DNA of 64,000 bases, from positions 140,473 to 204,472 of the forward strand of contig NIVC01002101.1 of the NCBI GenBank assembly GCA_002269645.1. Direction: 5' to 3'. The translations under genes were made by a program, and so were the position numbers. Below are positions 26,232-38,412 of this stretch, piece after piece (the stretch's first letter is position 1; every line of letters starts with the position of its first letter). This DNA is from Macrostomum lignano (lineage: Eukaryota). The notes beneath the pieces are model-generated. The model saw only the letters and a list, made by a program, of their open reading frames with translations, was not told the origin of the DNA and did no database searches.

Positions 26232-27394
26232 TGGAGCGAAGCAAGAGCTATGAGCGAAGCGAAGCGTGTGTGAGCGATGGCGGGTTAGTTTAAATTAGTT
26301 AGTTTAGTAGATAGTTGAAATTGTTGCAATTTAAGGGAAGTAATTGCAATTGCAACTATTCGGTGAGTTTGGTCATGCGATTTGGTCATTGGAGCAACTG
26401 TGCATTAATGAAGTACAGCTGACTTGATCCCTAGACTGCGGAACTCGCACCCGCGTATGCGCCTCGCACAGTGCCTGTACTGGCTTGTACTATGATAGTT
26501 TAGGCGGAGTACAATGGTCGCTCATCGCGCTCAGGGGCCTAGTCTGAAGGTCTCCAAAAGTAACAATACATCTACATCATCGCTATAATCTGTCGACGTT
26601 TTAACACATTTAGTCCAAAAGCGTGTAGTTACGTGTACTTATACGTGTACTTCTGGGAATTTGGTAATGAAATAGTACATTTAGTAGTGTACTATCACAT
26701 AGCTAGATACATACAGACAACTCATTTTTATAGTATATAGGATGAAGGCTCGCCAGCGCAAGAACCCCCTGCAAAAGTCCTCTCTGTCCCTGCATGGCCA
26801 ATGCGATCCTAGTCCCAGCAGTGTCCCTTCTATTCGGCTATGACTTCGAGATAGACAGCTAAAAGACACTAGATGGCAGGTAAGTGCAGTGCCCCTCTAG
26901 TCGGAAGTCCGATTTCGATAGCTCCGGTTTGGTGAGCCGGGGCGCACGGACTGGTGGTAGCGGGTTACTTTAATCTGCGGATTAGCTAATCTCTACCTTT
27001 CAAATTCTCCCTGCTTGTCTCTCGCTGTCTTCTCCTAGCTAGCTATAGGACCTTGCTGCTCGCCCACAATCTTGCTACCATGGGGCTGACCATCTGACAG
27101 GAGTGAGAGGCCAGAGTTCTAAGTGATTCATTTCTGAATTCTGAGGCCCGAAGCTATAGGCTTAAAAAGGCCGAACCCATCAAATTGAAGAGAATGTCAG
27201 TTTTGAAGAGCTACAGGTAAGTTTATCACATGTTCGAATTTCTACTGAGGAAAAAGCCTCCATTTACTACATTAGTGGCTACGTTTACACAAAAATCCAC
27301 AAAAACTTGACTAAAAATGCATTCTGCACGCTGAGCCGTGGAGTGGGTTTCAGCTGGACTACAGTACAGTATGGCTAGGAAAGAAGTGCATTTG

Positions 27395-27700
27395 GGATAA
27401 CTCCAGTAGTGGAATATAAAGGAAACTCCAGCATTGGAGCGAGTACTGGATCGCTGATATAAATCTAGCATTGGAGCATAAAGGAAACTCTAGCATTGGA
27501 GCATCGGTGCTGGCTCCAATGCTGGAGCAGCTGGTGCTGGAGCAGAATTTCCTTATGCTCCAATGCTGGAGTCATATCAGCTCCAATACTGGAGCTTCGG
27601 TTTTGGCACCGGAAAAGTGCAAATAACTCTACCGGATGACCTTCTGGCGCTCTGGGACCGGCGCCAATCTGAGACCGGCGCCAATAACTCTACCGGACTG
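27395..27700. repeat. Foldback cluster of CTCCA-N4-TGGAG motifs, MITE-like
   Basis: The motif runs ctccagcattggag left of ~27505 and ctccaatgctggag right of it, i.e. a local inversion centre. Confidence 0.65.
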
Positions 27701-27804
27701 TAGCGATCGAAGGCTTCGACGGCAGTAGATCTATTCCCGAGGGCTTGAGCTTGATAGCCTTAACAGGACTGATCTTCACTTTCTGAGGTGGAAAAGGAGA
27801 GATT

Positions 27805-28752
27805 TTGTGCAGTTGGGCCACGCCTCTGCAGCCGACGCCGATCCCCGCGGGCGCCTGGCTGTCGATCGGCGCCGATTTCGTGGGACCCAACAACAACAAC
27901 ATGCTGCTGGTGTGCGTGGACCGCTACTCAAGGTTTCCGGAGGTGCAGCTCATGCAGACGACGACGGCCGAGGCATTGATTCCCCGCCTGCGAGAGATGT
28001 TCGCCCGCTTCGGGATGCCACAGGAGCTCGTGACAGATAATGGACCACCTTTCTCGTCCAAGGAGTTCGGCCGGTTCCTGGCGAGCTACGGGATCAAGCA
28101 CCGCCTCATCACGCCCTACTACCCAGCGGCCAACGGCATGACAGAGCGACTGAACCGCTCCATCAACAAAGTCGTGCGAGCAGCCATCGAGGAGCGGCGG
28201 GACTGGAGGGCCGCTCTGGACGAGTGGCTGCTGGCCTACAGAAACACGCCGCACACGGCCACCGGGCGCGCACCAGCCGAGCTGCTGATGGGCCGGCGGC
28301 CAAACGACATCATCCCCGCCGCCCGGCCGTCCCAGCGAGTCCGCATCAACGAGCAGCGGCTGAGAGAAGCCGACGCTGGCGCCAAGGCGGCGATGAAGCA
28401 GCACGCGGACGCAAAAAGGCGACCACGGCGGCACGACGTCCAGGTCGGCGACTCGGTGCTACGACGGCGGGTCGGTGCCAGCAAGACGCAGACGCCATTC
28501 GAGAGCGGTGCCTGGACAGTCCAGCGGGTGGCCGGCAACTCGCTGCTGCTACGCCGGGACGGCACGACCTGCTGGCGGCACTGCACGGCGGTCAAAGTCG
28601 TCAGCCCCGACTTGGCCGACGCCGGCGCCCAAACGCAGACCGCTGCACCGAGAGCTTCGGGCGAGGCGGCCCGAGATCCACCCGCCTCCCCCGTGGCGCT
28701 GCGCCCGCACCCCCGCGCTGCTCAGGCGGGCGTGAAAATCTACAAGGACTGA
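27805..28752 (+). mobile_element. Ty3/gypsy LTR-retrotransposon integrase (rve), 5'-truncated pol
   Basis: DDE triad in GADFVGP, VTDNGPPF and NGMTERLNRS; also AYRNTPHTATGRAPAELLMGR. No RT or RNase H is visible upstream. Confidence 0.93.
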
Positions 28753-28965
28753 ATTTGGAATCCTGCAATGACTGAAATTAACTGACTTTCTTTTCCGTAA
28801 TATGCGGACTGAAGTTTTTTTTACGTTTTTGCTGCATTCAATTCAAATATTTTATTTCCTCAATATTTTAATCTCCATTTTCAATGCGCATCATCGGTGA
28901 ATCTTTCGAACTTTGTATTTTCGAGTTACGTTTAAATCGATTTTCTTCTCTCTCAGTCTCTATTC

Positions 28966-29150
28966 GAAAGGGGAGAGATGTAGTGTGCGTACGCACAGTA
29001 TGGTACGCCCGGGCAGTCTGATTGGCTGCGGAGTGGGGTGGATGCCGCCACCCCAATTCTAACTCCATAATATATAGACGCGTGCCCAGTGCGGGAGATT
29101 TGTAAGAGTTTGGCTACACAGCAAACACGGTCTCTGACTCAGTTACTACA
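28966..29150 (+). mobile_element. Polypurine tract (28966-28978) and putative 172 bp 3' LTR (28979-29150) of the gypsy element
   Basis: gaaaggggagaga is followed immediately by TGTAGT. The segment ends ACTACA (6 bp terminal inverted repeat, TG...CA) exactly where LINE-homologous sequence resumes. Confidence 0.75.
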
Positions 29151-29330
29151 CTGCTCACGATGCAGGGCCCCTGGCGCCGGGGCTACGGCCGGGCGAGTCG
29201 CGTCGCGGATTGCCTGTTGGATGGCGCTGGGGTGATTGGCCAGGCGCACGCTGTTGCCGCCTTAAGAGAGCTCGCACTGAGAGAACTGATCTGACACCGC
29301 CTCCCATTGTGAACTGTTACTTTTAACTCA
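29151..29330 (+). mobile_element. 3' end of an RTE-like LINE ORF
   Basis: LLTMQGPWRRGYGRASRVADCLLDGAGVIG; clearly homologous to 49615-49770, which is contiguous with RT motifs. Confidence 0.75.
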
Positions 29331-29883
29331 ACAATACTGGGTGTGCCTTGTTGTTATTTTCTCTTCAAAAAAATTTGCCTAGCTGCGAACTGTGATGGTG
29401 CATATTGCATACTCGCGATTCAATAGCTTATACTTATTACTGTTTTACTCATGGCATTGACATTGCCTTCCGATGTCAAAGCTATTTATTGCGTGTAATA
29501 TTACCGCAAAATTCAAGTTCGGGTGTCATTATTTAGCTACTGCCGCTGTTCTGCATTACAATTATTATAGTACTTCGTACTACGACGTAACATTGTACCA
29601 AAAAATTTACATTGCGTGGCGCCAAAACCAATCTTGTTGAATGCTACTAGCGTAATAGCCGTTTGAATCGCTTGAAATACATTGTAATGCCATGCTGTAT
29701 TGCTTTTGACGATCTAAACGACACTGGCTAGACTTCACTGATCCATATGCTCCTCAAGCAAGGTATATGGAAAGCAGATTGAGCAGCAAACTTAGTGTTT
29801 GATTGATAGAGATTTTGTATAGTTGGATCTTTGGATCACGGATAGAACCAAGGAATCTAGATCTGGAGGCATGGAGGCATGCG

Positions 29884-31199
29884 GGGGGGAGCGGCGGAAA
29901 GCAGCGGAGCTGTTGGGGGAGCGGCGGAAAGCAGCGGAGCTGTTGGGGGGAGCGGCGGAATGCAGCGGAGCTGTTGGGGGGAGCGGCGGAAAGCAGCGGA
30001 GCTGTTGGGGGGAGCGGCGGAAAGCAGCGGAGCTGTTGGGGGAGCGGCGGAAAGCAGCGGAGCTGTTGGAGGAAGCGGCGGAAAGCAGCGGAGCTGTTGG
30101 GGGAGCGGCGGAATGCAGCGGAGCTGTTGGGGGGAGCGGCGGAATGCAGCGGAGCTGTTGGGGGAGCGGCGGAAAGCAGCGGAGCTGTTGGTGGAAGCAG
30201 CGGAGCTGTTGGGGGAGCGGCGGAAAGCAGCGGAGCTGTTGGTGGAAGCAGCGGAGCTGTTGGGGGAGCGGCGGAAAGCAGCGGAGCTGTTGGGGGGAGC
30301 GGCGGAAAGCAGCGGAGCTGTTGGGGGAGCGGCGGAATGCAGCGGAGCTGTTGGGGGAGCGGCGGAAAGCAGCGGAGCTGTTGGGGGAGCGGCGGAAAGC
30401 AGCGGAGCTGTTGGGGGGAGCGGCGGAAAGCAGCGGAGCTGTTGGGGGGAGCGGCGGAATGCAGCGGAGCTGTTGGGGGAGCGGCGGAAAGCAGCGGAGC
30501 TGTTGGGGGAGCGGCGGAATGCAGCGGAGCTGTTGGTGGAAGCAGCGGAGCTGTTGGGGGGAGCGGCGGAAAGCAGCGGAGCTGTTGGGGGGAGCGGCGG
30601 AATGCAGCGGAGCTGTTGGGGGGAGCGGCGGAAAGCAGCGGAGCTGTTGGGGGAGCGGCGGAATGCAGCGGAGCTGTTGGGGGAGCGGCGGAATGCAGCG
30701 GAGCTGTTGGTGGAAGCAGCGGAGCTGTTGGGGGGGAGCGGCGGAATGCAGCGGAGCTGTTGGGGGGAGCGGCGGAATGCAGCGGAGCTGTTGGGGGGAG
30801 CGGCGGAATGCAGCGGAGCTGTTGGGGGAGCGGCGGAAAGCAGCGGAGCTGTTGGTGGAAGCAGCGGAGCTGTTGGGGGAGCGGCGGAAAGCAGCGGAGC
30901 TGTTGGGGGGAGCGGCGGAAAGCAGCGGAGCTGTTGGGGGAGCGGCGGAAAGCAGCGGAGCTGTTGGTGGAAGCAGCGGAGCTGTTGGGGAGCGGCGGAA
31001 AGCAGCGGAGCTGTTGGGGAGCGGCGGAAAGCAGCGGAGCTGTTGGGGAGCGGCGGAATGCAGCGGAGCTGTTGGGGGGAGCGGCGGAAAGCAGCGGAGC
31101 TGTTGGGGGGAGCGGCGGAATGCAGCGGAGCTGTTGGGGGGAGCGGCGGAATGCAGCGGAGCTGTTGGGGGGAGCGGCGGAATGCAGCGGAGCTGTTGG
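29884..31199. repeat. G-rich ~30 bp minisatellite (gcagcggagctgttggggggagcggcggaaa)
   Basis: Tandem units; source of the multi-frame ~490 aa ORFs. Confidence 0.97.
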
Positions 31200-32172
31200 T
31201 TTGATAACAGCTGACGAGGCTGACAGGCTTATTTGCATAGAGCGATGCTATGAGAATGAATTCAGTCAGTCAGTTTAAAGCAGAAAGCTGGCTCTGCCTC
31301 TGCCTACCCTTCAACTGAATCGAGTGAACTCGCAGTGCCGAAGTGCCCAAAGTTGGTTCTACATGTACGTATTGTTTTGGCAAACTGGATTACAAAAAGG
31401 TACGGCTCATATATTACAGTGTATATACTACATGTATTTGAGTGGCGAATTGGTGACGGTTTAAATGTTGCTAGGGCTATACGTGTATGTGACCCGTCCG
31501 GTGCTCTACTACCTTGAATTCATGCCCGTAAAGCTCAGCCTCCGATCATTTACTAAATATTTACTGTCGCGAAAGGGGACTCTCAGTCCCCAACATCCTG
31601 CATGGTATTAGGGGGCCTAGGGTCTTGTCCTTGGGGCCTTCGACAAGTGACTGCCGCAATTTGACTGGGGACTATGAACTCTAAACATTGGCACCTCAAG
31701 ATTAGAGCGGCGGCACTCGAACCAAAATAATGTTGAAGGACTACAGAAAACATGTATATCATAAAATAGAGAGCTAAATAAGTTGGCCAGTTGAAACAGT
31801 GGTTTGGTATAATGGGCTGAAACAAAGCAAATAAATTGTTAAACTACTATAATACGAGCTACTTTAATTTTGTCATGGAAACTGATTTAGAAACAACTAA
31901 AAAGATTTTGAATAATATGAGACAAAATATTTGTAACTTTTTTTAAGATATACAGCTACCACAACTTAACTGAAATTTCTACAGTTTTGATTAGTTGTAA
32001 GTTGCGGGAGCACCTGGCTTTACTTACAGACACTGTAGGGTGTCTGCCAGCGTGTCTGACACTGCTCTATAGGGTGTTTGTAAGCGTGCTTTGGAGGCTT
32101 TTGCACGATTGTTGCCTTCCTAGGCTTACAACGTTTATTAGGTTTACAACGTAATGCGGAAAATAGGAAAGA

Positions 32173-33994
32173 CAAAAAGCATAATGAAACATTTCAAGTG
32201 GAAAATGGCAAGACAGTTTTATCAAAACAGAAAACAGAAAAACAGTGACACGAACGTGAGCATGTGTATATTTTCTTTCCCTCCTCCTTTTTCATCCGGG
32301 CTGGGGACCGGCAATGGCGGAGTTAAAAGAGTTGACTAAACGCAAGAATCGCGAATTTGGTGGCCCTGAAAAGGGCCGTTTTAACGTTCAGAAGGGATCA
32401 CGTTTTTACAGGTCAGTGACCAAGACCTTTCCCAAACCACAACTGCACAAGTGCAGTGGCGGCGGGCCGCTGCTGCGTGTTGCCAGACTGGCCAGCGTGG
32501 CAAGGCTCGGCACCTTGCCAGCGGAACAGCGGGGAGCTGGCGCTGGAGCTGGCACAACTGGCCCTCGCACCATGAATTTTGCCCCAAAAGCAGCCTGGCC
32601 TATTGCAGATTGCGTAGAAATCATTGTCTCTTGGACAATGTTTCCTACGGCACGTATTGGCCAGCAAATTTTGGCAGCAGCTTAAATGGTGCAAGGGGCA
32701 CAACTCAACTTCTGCCAGCTCAGTAGCAGACTGGCGCGACAATAGACAGCCCTGGAATCATTTTGTGAACAGAAATGATTATCCCACAAAAAATAAAAAA
32801 CTAGCCAACATCTAGTCAACTCCCCACCTAGCCACCCAAATGCCCACCTAGCCACCCAACTCCCCACCTAGCCACCCAACTCCCCACCTAGCCACCCAAC
32901 TGCCCACCTAGCCACCCAACTCCCCACCTAGCCACCCAACTGCCCACCTAGCCACCCAACTCCCCACCTAGCCACACAAATCCCCGCCTAGCCACCCAAC
33001 TCCCCACCTAGCCACCCAACTCCCCACCTAGCCACCCAACTGCCCACCTAGCCACCCAACTCCCCACCTAGCCACCCAACTGCCCACCTAGCCACCCAAC
33101 TCCCCACCTAGCCACCCAACTGCCCACCTAGCCACCCAACTGCCCATCTAGCCACCCAACTCCCCACCTAGCCACCCAACTCCCCACCTAGCCACCCAAC
33201 TCCCCACCTAGCCACCCAACTCCCCACCTAGCCACACAACTCCCCACCTAGCCACCCAACTGCCCACCTAGCCACCCAACTCCCCACCTAGCCACACAAC
33301 TCCCCACCTAGCCACACAACTCCCCACCTAGCCACCCAACTGCCCACCTAGCCACCCAACTGCCCACCTAGCCACACAACTCCCCACCTAGCCACCCAAC
33401 TGCCCACCTAGCCACCCAACTGCCCACCTAGCCACACAACTCCCCACCTAGCCACCCAACTGCCCACCTAGCCACACAACTCCCCACCTAGCCACCCAAC
33501 TCCCCACCTAGCCACCCAACTGCCCACCTAGCCACCCAACTCCCCACCTAGCCACCCAACTGCCCACCTAGCCACCCAACTCCCCACCTAGCCACCCAAC
33601 TGCCCACCTAGCCACCCAACTCCCCACCTAGCCACCCAACTCCCCACCTAGCCACCCAACTCCCCACCTAGCCACCCAACTGCCCACCTAGCCACCCAAC
33701 TCTTCACCTAGCCACCCAACTGCCCATCTAGCCACCAACGATCCAACTCCGCTTATCTCCGCTCCAGCCTAAAGTAAAAAATGATTAAAAACCAAAGCTC
33801 CATGTTTTGTGCACAATAAAACAACATTGCGAACGTGCGAGCGTAAATACGAGCATTTTCACTAGATTTATTTATATCAAAAGCAAAAATAGAAAATGAC
33901 ACGTGGTGCACAATATTATGTTGACACGACCTTTATACCGCCTCCTCTCATCCCGTTCAGAATCCGCTCTCTACTCTACCCACCCTACTCCTTC
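32173..33994 (+). repeat. Right arm of the inverted duplication (partner 19227-20607); 20 bp minisatellite expanded to ~32810-33730
   Basis: Reverse-complement match; the array is about twice as long as in the left arm. Confidence 0.95.
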
Positions 33995-34723
33995 CCGTTG
34001 GAAAAGTTATGCACCTGCAGAGGCACAAAAGGTGAGCGAGGTGCACAAAAGAGGCACTTTGGTGGCCTATTTCGTGTGTGTTTTCGTGTGTGTGCGAGAA
34101 GACCCTTGTGAAGAAGATCATGTGAAGTTAATTCAATCATGTGAAGTTAATTTCGTGGAAATGATCTAAACTATGGCGGCTGCTGCAGTAATCAGTTTTG
34201 ATATGAGTCAGTTGGATTTTCTTACACTGTTAACTGAGTTATACATGTGTGTCTCATCGCTTTGTTCTTATATTAGCATATATGTGCAATAGCAGTCATT
34301 GCAGTATTTTATTGAATTATATGCTTGCTGAAACTACTGAATGGCAGGCATATAACCGTTCCTGCAGCAGCGAATGCAATGACACACGCGGTGGGCAGGC
34401 TCCAACTAAATGGGATCTAAACAGGTGTCGGGGACTCGAGAACTCGACGGAAGAAGTGCAGCGAACCCCCCCCCCCCAACATGCACAAAGAGGCACCCCG
34501 GCTGCACGTGGGAACCCCTGGCCTGGACCGACACAGTCAAAATGGACTGTATTTATACAGTGGCAGATAAAACAGCGCACGAATGTGCTGGGGTACATGT
34601 ACGTGACGTCACTGAGCTGCGTGTAATGTAGTGTTACACATGAATACTAGAACTTATTAATAAAAGGAATATTGTCTGGCCTTAAACTGCTTAATCCAAA
34701 TGAAAAGAAATGCAGTCCAACTA

Positions 34724-37700
34724 AACTGAGGATCTGGGAGGCTGACTATCCTACCAAGTGAGGATCTGGGAGGCTGACTATCCTACCAAGTGAGGATCTG
34801 GGAGGCTGACTGCCCTACCAACTAAGGATCTGGGAGGCTGACTATCCTACCAACTGAGGATCTGGGAGGCTGACTATCCTACCAACTGAGGATCTGGGAG
34901 GCTGACTGCCCTACCAACTAAGGATCTGGGAGGCTGACTATCCTACCAACTGAGGATCTGGGAGGCTGACTATCCTACCAAGTGAGGATCTGGGAGGCTG
35001 ACTGCCCTACCAACTAAGGATCTGGGAGGCTGACTGCCCTACCAACTGAGGATCTGGGAGGCTGACTATCCTACCAACTGAGGATCTGGGAGGCTGACTG
35101 CCCCACCAAGTGAGGATCTGGGAGGCTGACTATCCTACCAAGTGAGGATCTGGGAGGCTGACTGCCCTACCAACTAAGGATCTGGGAGGCTGACTATCCT
35201 ACCAAGTGAGGATCTGGGAGGCTGACTGCCCTACCAACTGAGGATCTGGGAGGCTGACTATCCTACCAAGTGAGGATCTGGGAGGCTGACTGCCCTACCA
35301 ACTGAGGATCTGTGAGGATGACTACCCTACCAAGTGAGGATCTGGGAGGCTGACTGCCCTACCAAGTGAGGATCTGGGAGGCTGACTGCCCTACCAAGTG
35401 AGGATCTGGGAGGCTGACTGCCCTACCAACTGAGGATCTGGGAGGCTGACTATCCTACCAAGTGAGGATCTGGGAGGCTGACTGCCCTACCAACTAAGGA
35501 TCTGGGAGGCTGACTATCCTACCAAGTGAGGATCTGGGAGGCTGACTGCCCTACCAACTAAGGATCTGGGAGGCTGACTATCCTACCAAGTGAGGATCTG
35601 GGAGGCTGACTGCCCTACCAACTGAGGATCTGTGAGGATGACTACCCTACCAAGTGAGGATCTGGGAGGCTGACTGCCCTACCAAGTGAGGATCTGGGAG
35701 GCTGACTGCCCTACCAACTGAGGATCTGGGAGGCTGACTGCCCTACCAACTGAAGATCTGGGAGGCTGACTGCCCTACCAAGTGAGGATCTGGGAGGCTG
35801 ACTGCCCTACCAACTGAGGATCTGGGAGGCTGACTATCCTAACAAGTGAGGATCTGGGAGGCTGACTGCCCTACCAACTAAGGATCTGAGAGGCTGACTG
35901 CCCTACCAACTGAGGATCTGGGAGGCTGACTATCCTACCAAGTGAGGATCTGGGAGGCTGACTGCCCTACCAACTAAGGATCTGGGAGGCTGACTATCCT
36001 ACCAAGTGAGGATCTGGGAGGCTGACTGCCCTACCAACTGAGGATCTGGGAGGCTGACTGCCCTACCAATTGAGGATCTGGGAGGCTGACTGCCCTACCA
36101 ACTAAGGATCTGGGAGGCTGACTATCCTACCAAGTGAGGATCTGGGAGGCTGACTGCCCTACCAACTGAGGATCTGTGAGGATGACTACCCTACCAAGTG
36201 AGGATCTGGGAGGCTGACTGCCCTACCAAGTGAGGATCTGGGAGGCTGACTGCCCTACCAACTGAGGATCTGGGAGGCTGACTGCCCTACCAACTGAAGA
36301 TCTGGGAGGCTGACTGCCCTACCAAGTGAGGATCTGGGAGGCTGACTGCCCTACCAACTGAGGATCTGGGAGGCTGACTATCCTAACAAGTGAGGATCTG
36401 GGAGGCTGACTGCCCTACCAACTAAGGATCTGAGAGGCTGACTGCCCTACCAACTGAGGATCTGGGAGGCTGACTATCCTACCAAGTGAGGATCTGGGAG
36501 GCTGACTGCCCTACCAACTAAGGATCTGGGAGGCTGACTATCCTACCAAGTGAGGATCTGGGAGGCTGACTGCCCTACCAACTGAGGATCTGGGAGGCTG
36601 ACTGCCCTACCAACTGAGGATCTGGGAGGCTGACTGCCCTACCAACTAAGGATCTGGGAGGCTGACTATCCTACCAAGTGAGGATCTGGGAGGCTGACTG
36701 CCCTACCAATTGAGGATCTGGGAGGCTGACTATCCTACCAACTGAGGATCTGGGAGGCTGACTGCCCTACCAACTGAGGATCTGGGAGGCTGACTGCCCT
36801 ACCAACTAAGGATCTGGGAGGCTGACTATCCTACCAAGTGAGGATCTGGGAGGCTGACTGCCCTACCAATTGAGGATCTGGGAGGCTGACTGCCCTACCA
36901 ACTGAGGATCTGGGAGGCTGACTGCCCTACCAACTGAGGATCTGGGAGGCTGACTGCCCTACCAACTGAGGATCTGGGAGGCTGACTGCCCTACCAACTG
37001 AGGATCTGGGAGGCCGTCACAGAAACTAAGGATCTGGGAGGCTGACTGCCCTACCAACTGAGGATCTGGGAGGCTGACTATCCTAACAAGTGAGGATCTG
37101 GGAGGCTGACTGCCCTACCAACTAAGGATCTGAGAGGCTGACTGCCCTACCAACTGAGGATCTGGGAGGCTGACTATCCTACCAAGTGAGGATCTGGGAG
37201 GCTGACTGCCCTACCAACTAAGGATCTGGGAGGCTGACTATCCTACCAAGTGAGGATCTGGGAGGCTGACTGCCCTACCAACTGAGGATCTGGGAGGCTG
37301 ACTGCCCTACCAATTGAGGATCTGGGAGGCTGACTGCCCTACCAACTAAGGATCTGGGAGGCTGACTATCCTACCAAGTGAGGATCTGGGAGGCTGACTG
37401 CCCTACCAACTGAGGATCTGTGAGGATGACTACCCTACCAAGTGAGGATCTGGGAGGCTGACTGCCCTACCAACTGAGGATCTGGGAGGCTGACTGCCCT
37501 ACCAACTGAGGATCTGGGAGGCTGACTGCCCTACAAACTGAGGATCTGGGAGGCTGACTGCCCTACCAAGTGAGGATCTGGGAGGCTGACTGCCCTACCA
37601 ACTGAGGATCTGGGAGGCTGACTATCCTAACAAGTGAGGATCTGGGAGGCTGACTGCCCTACCAACTAAGGATCTGAGAGGCTGACTGCCCTACCAACTG

Positions 37701-38412
37701 AGGATCTGGGAGGCTGACTATCCTACCAAGTGAGGATCTGGGAGGCTGACTGCCCTACCAACTAAGGATCTGGGAGGCTGACTATCCTACCAAGTGAGGA
37801 TCTGGGAGGCTGACTGCCCTACCAACTGAGGATCTGGGAGGCTGACTGCCCTACCAACTGAGGATCTGGGAGGCTGACTGCCCTACCAACTGAGGATCTG
37901 GGAGGCTGACTGCCCTACCAACTGAGGATCTGGGAGGCTGACTGCCCTACCAACTAAGGATCTGGGAGGCTGACTATCCTACCAAGTGAGGATCTGGGAG
38001 GCTGACTGCCCTACCAATTGAGGATCTGGGAGGCTGACTATCCTACCAACTGAGGATCTGGGAGGCTGACTGCCCTACCAACTGAGGATCTGGGAGGCTG
38101 ACTGCCCTACCAACTAAGGATCTGGGAGGCTGACTATCCTACCAAGTGAGGATCTGGGAGGCTGACTGCCCTACCAATTGAGGATCTGGGAGGCTGACTG
38201 CCCTACCAACTGAGGATCTGGGAGGCTGACTGCCCTACCAACTGAGGATCTGGGAGGCTGACTGCCCTACCAACTGAGGATCTGGGAGGCTGACTGCCCT
38301 ACCAACTGAGGATCTGGGAGGCCGTCACAGAAACTAAGGATCTGGGAGGCTGACTGCCCTACCAAGTGAGGATCTGGGAGGCCGTCACAGAAACTAAGGA
38401 TCTGGGAGGCTG
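34724..38412. repeat. 32 bp minisatellite (actgaggatctgggaggctgactgccctacca), ~115 copies
   Basis: Very homogeneous tandem units with recurring variant blocks. Confidence 0.98.

Noticed and set aside
29754-31278. Four 441-494 aa ORFs on both strands
   Set aside because: Satellite-derived; no unique domain.
34724-38412. CRISPR-like periodicity of the 32 bp array (also 17620-18066)
   Set aside because: Units are head-to-tail with no unique spacers, there are no cas genes, and the context is eukaryotic.
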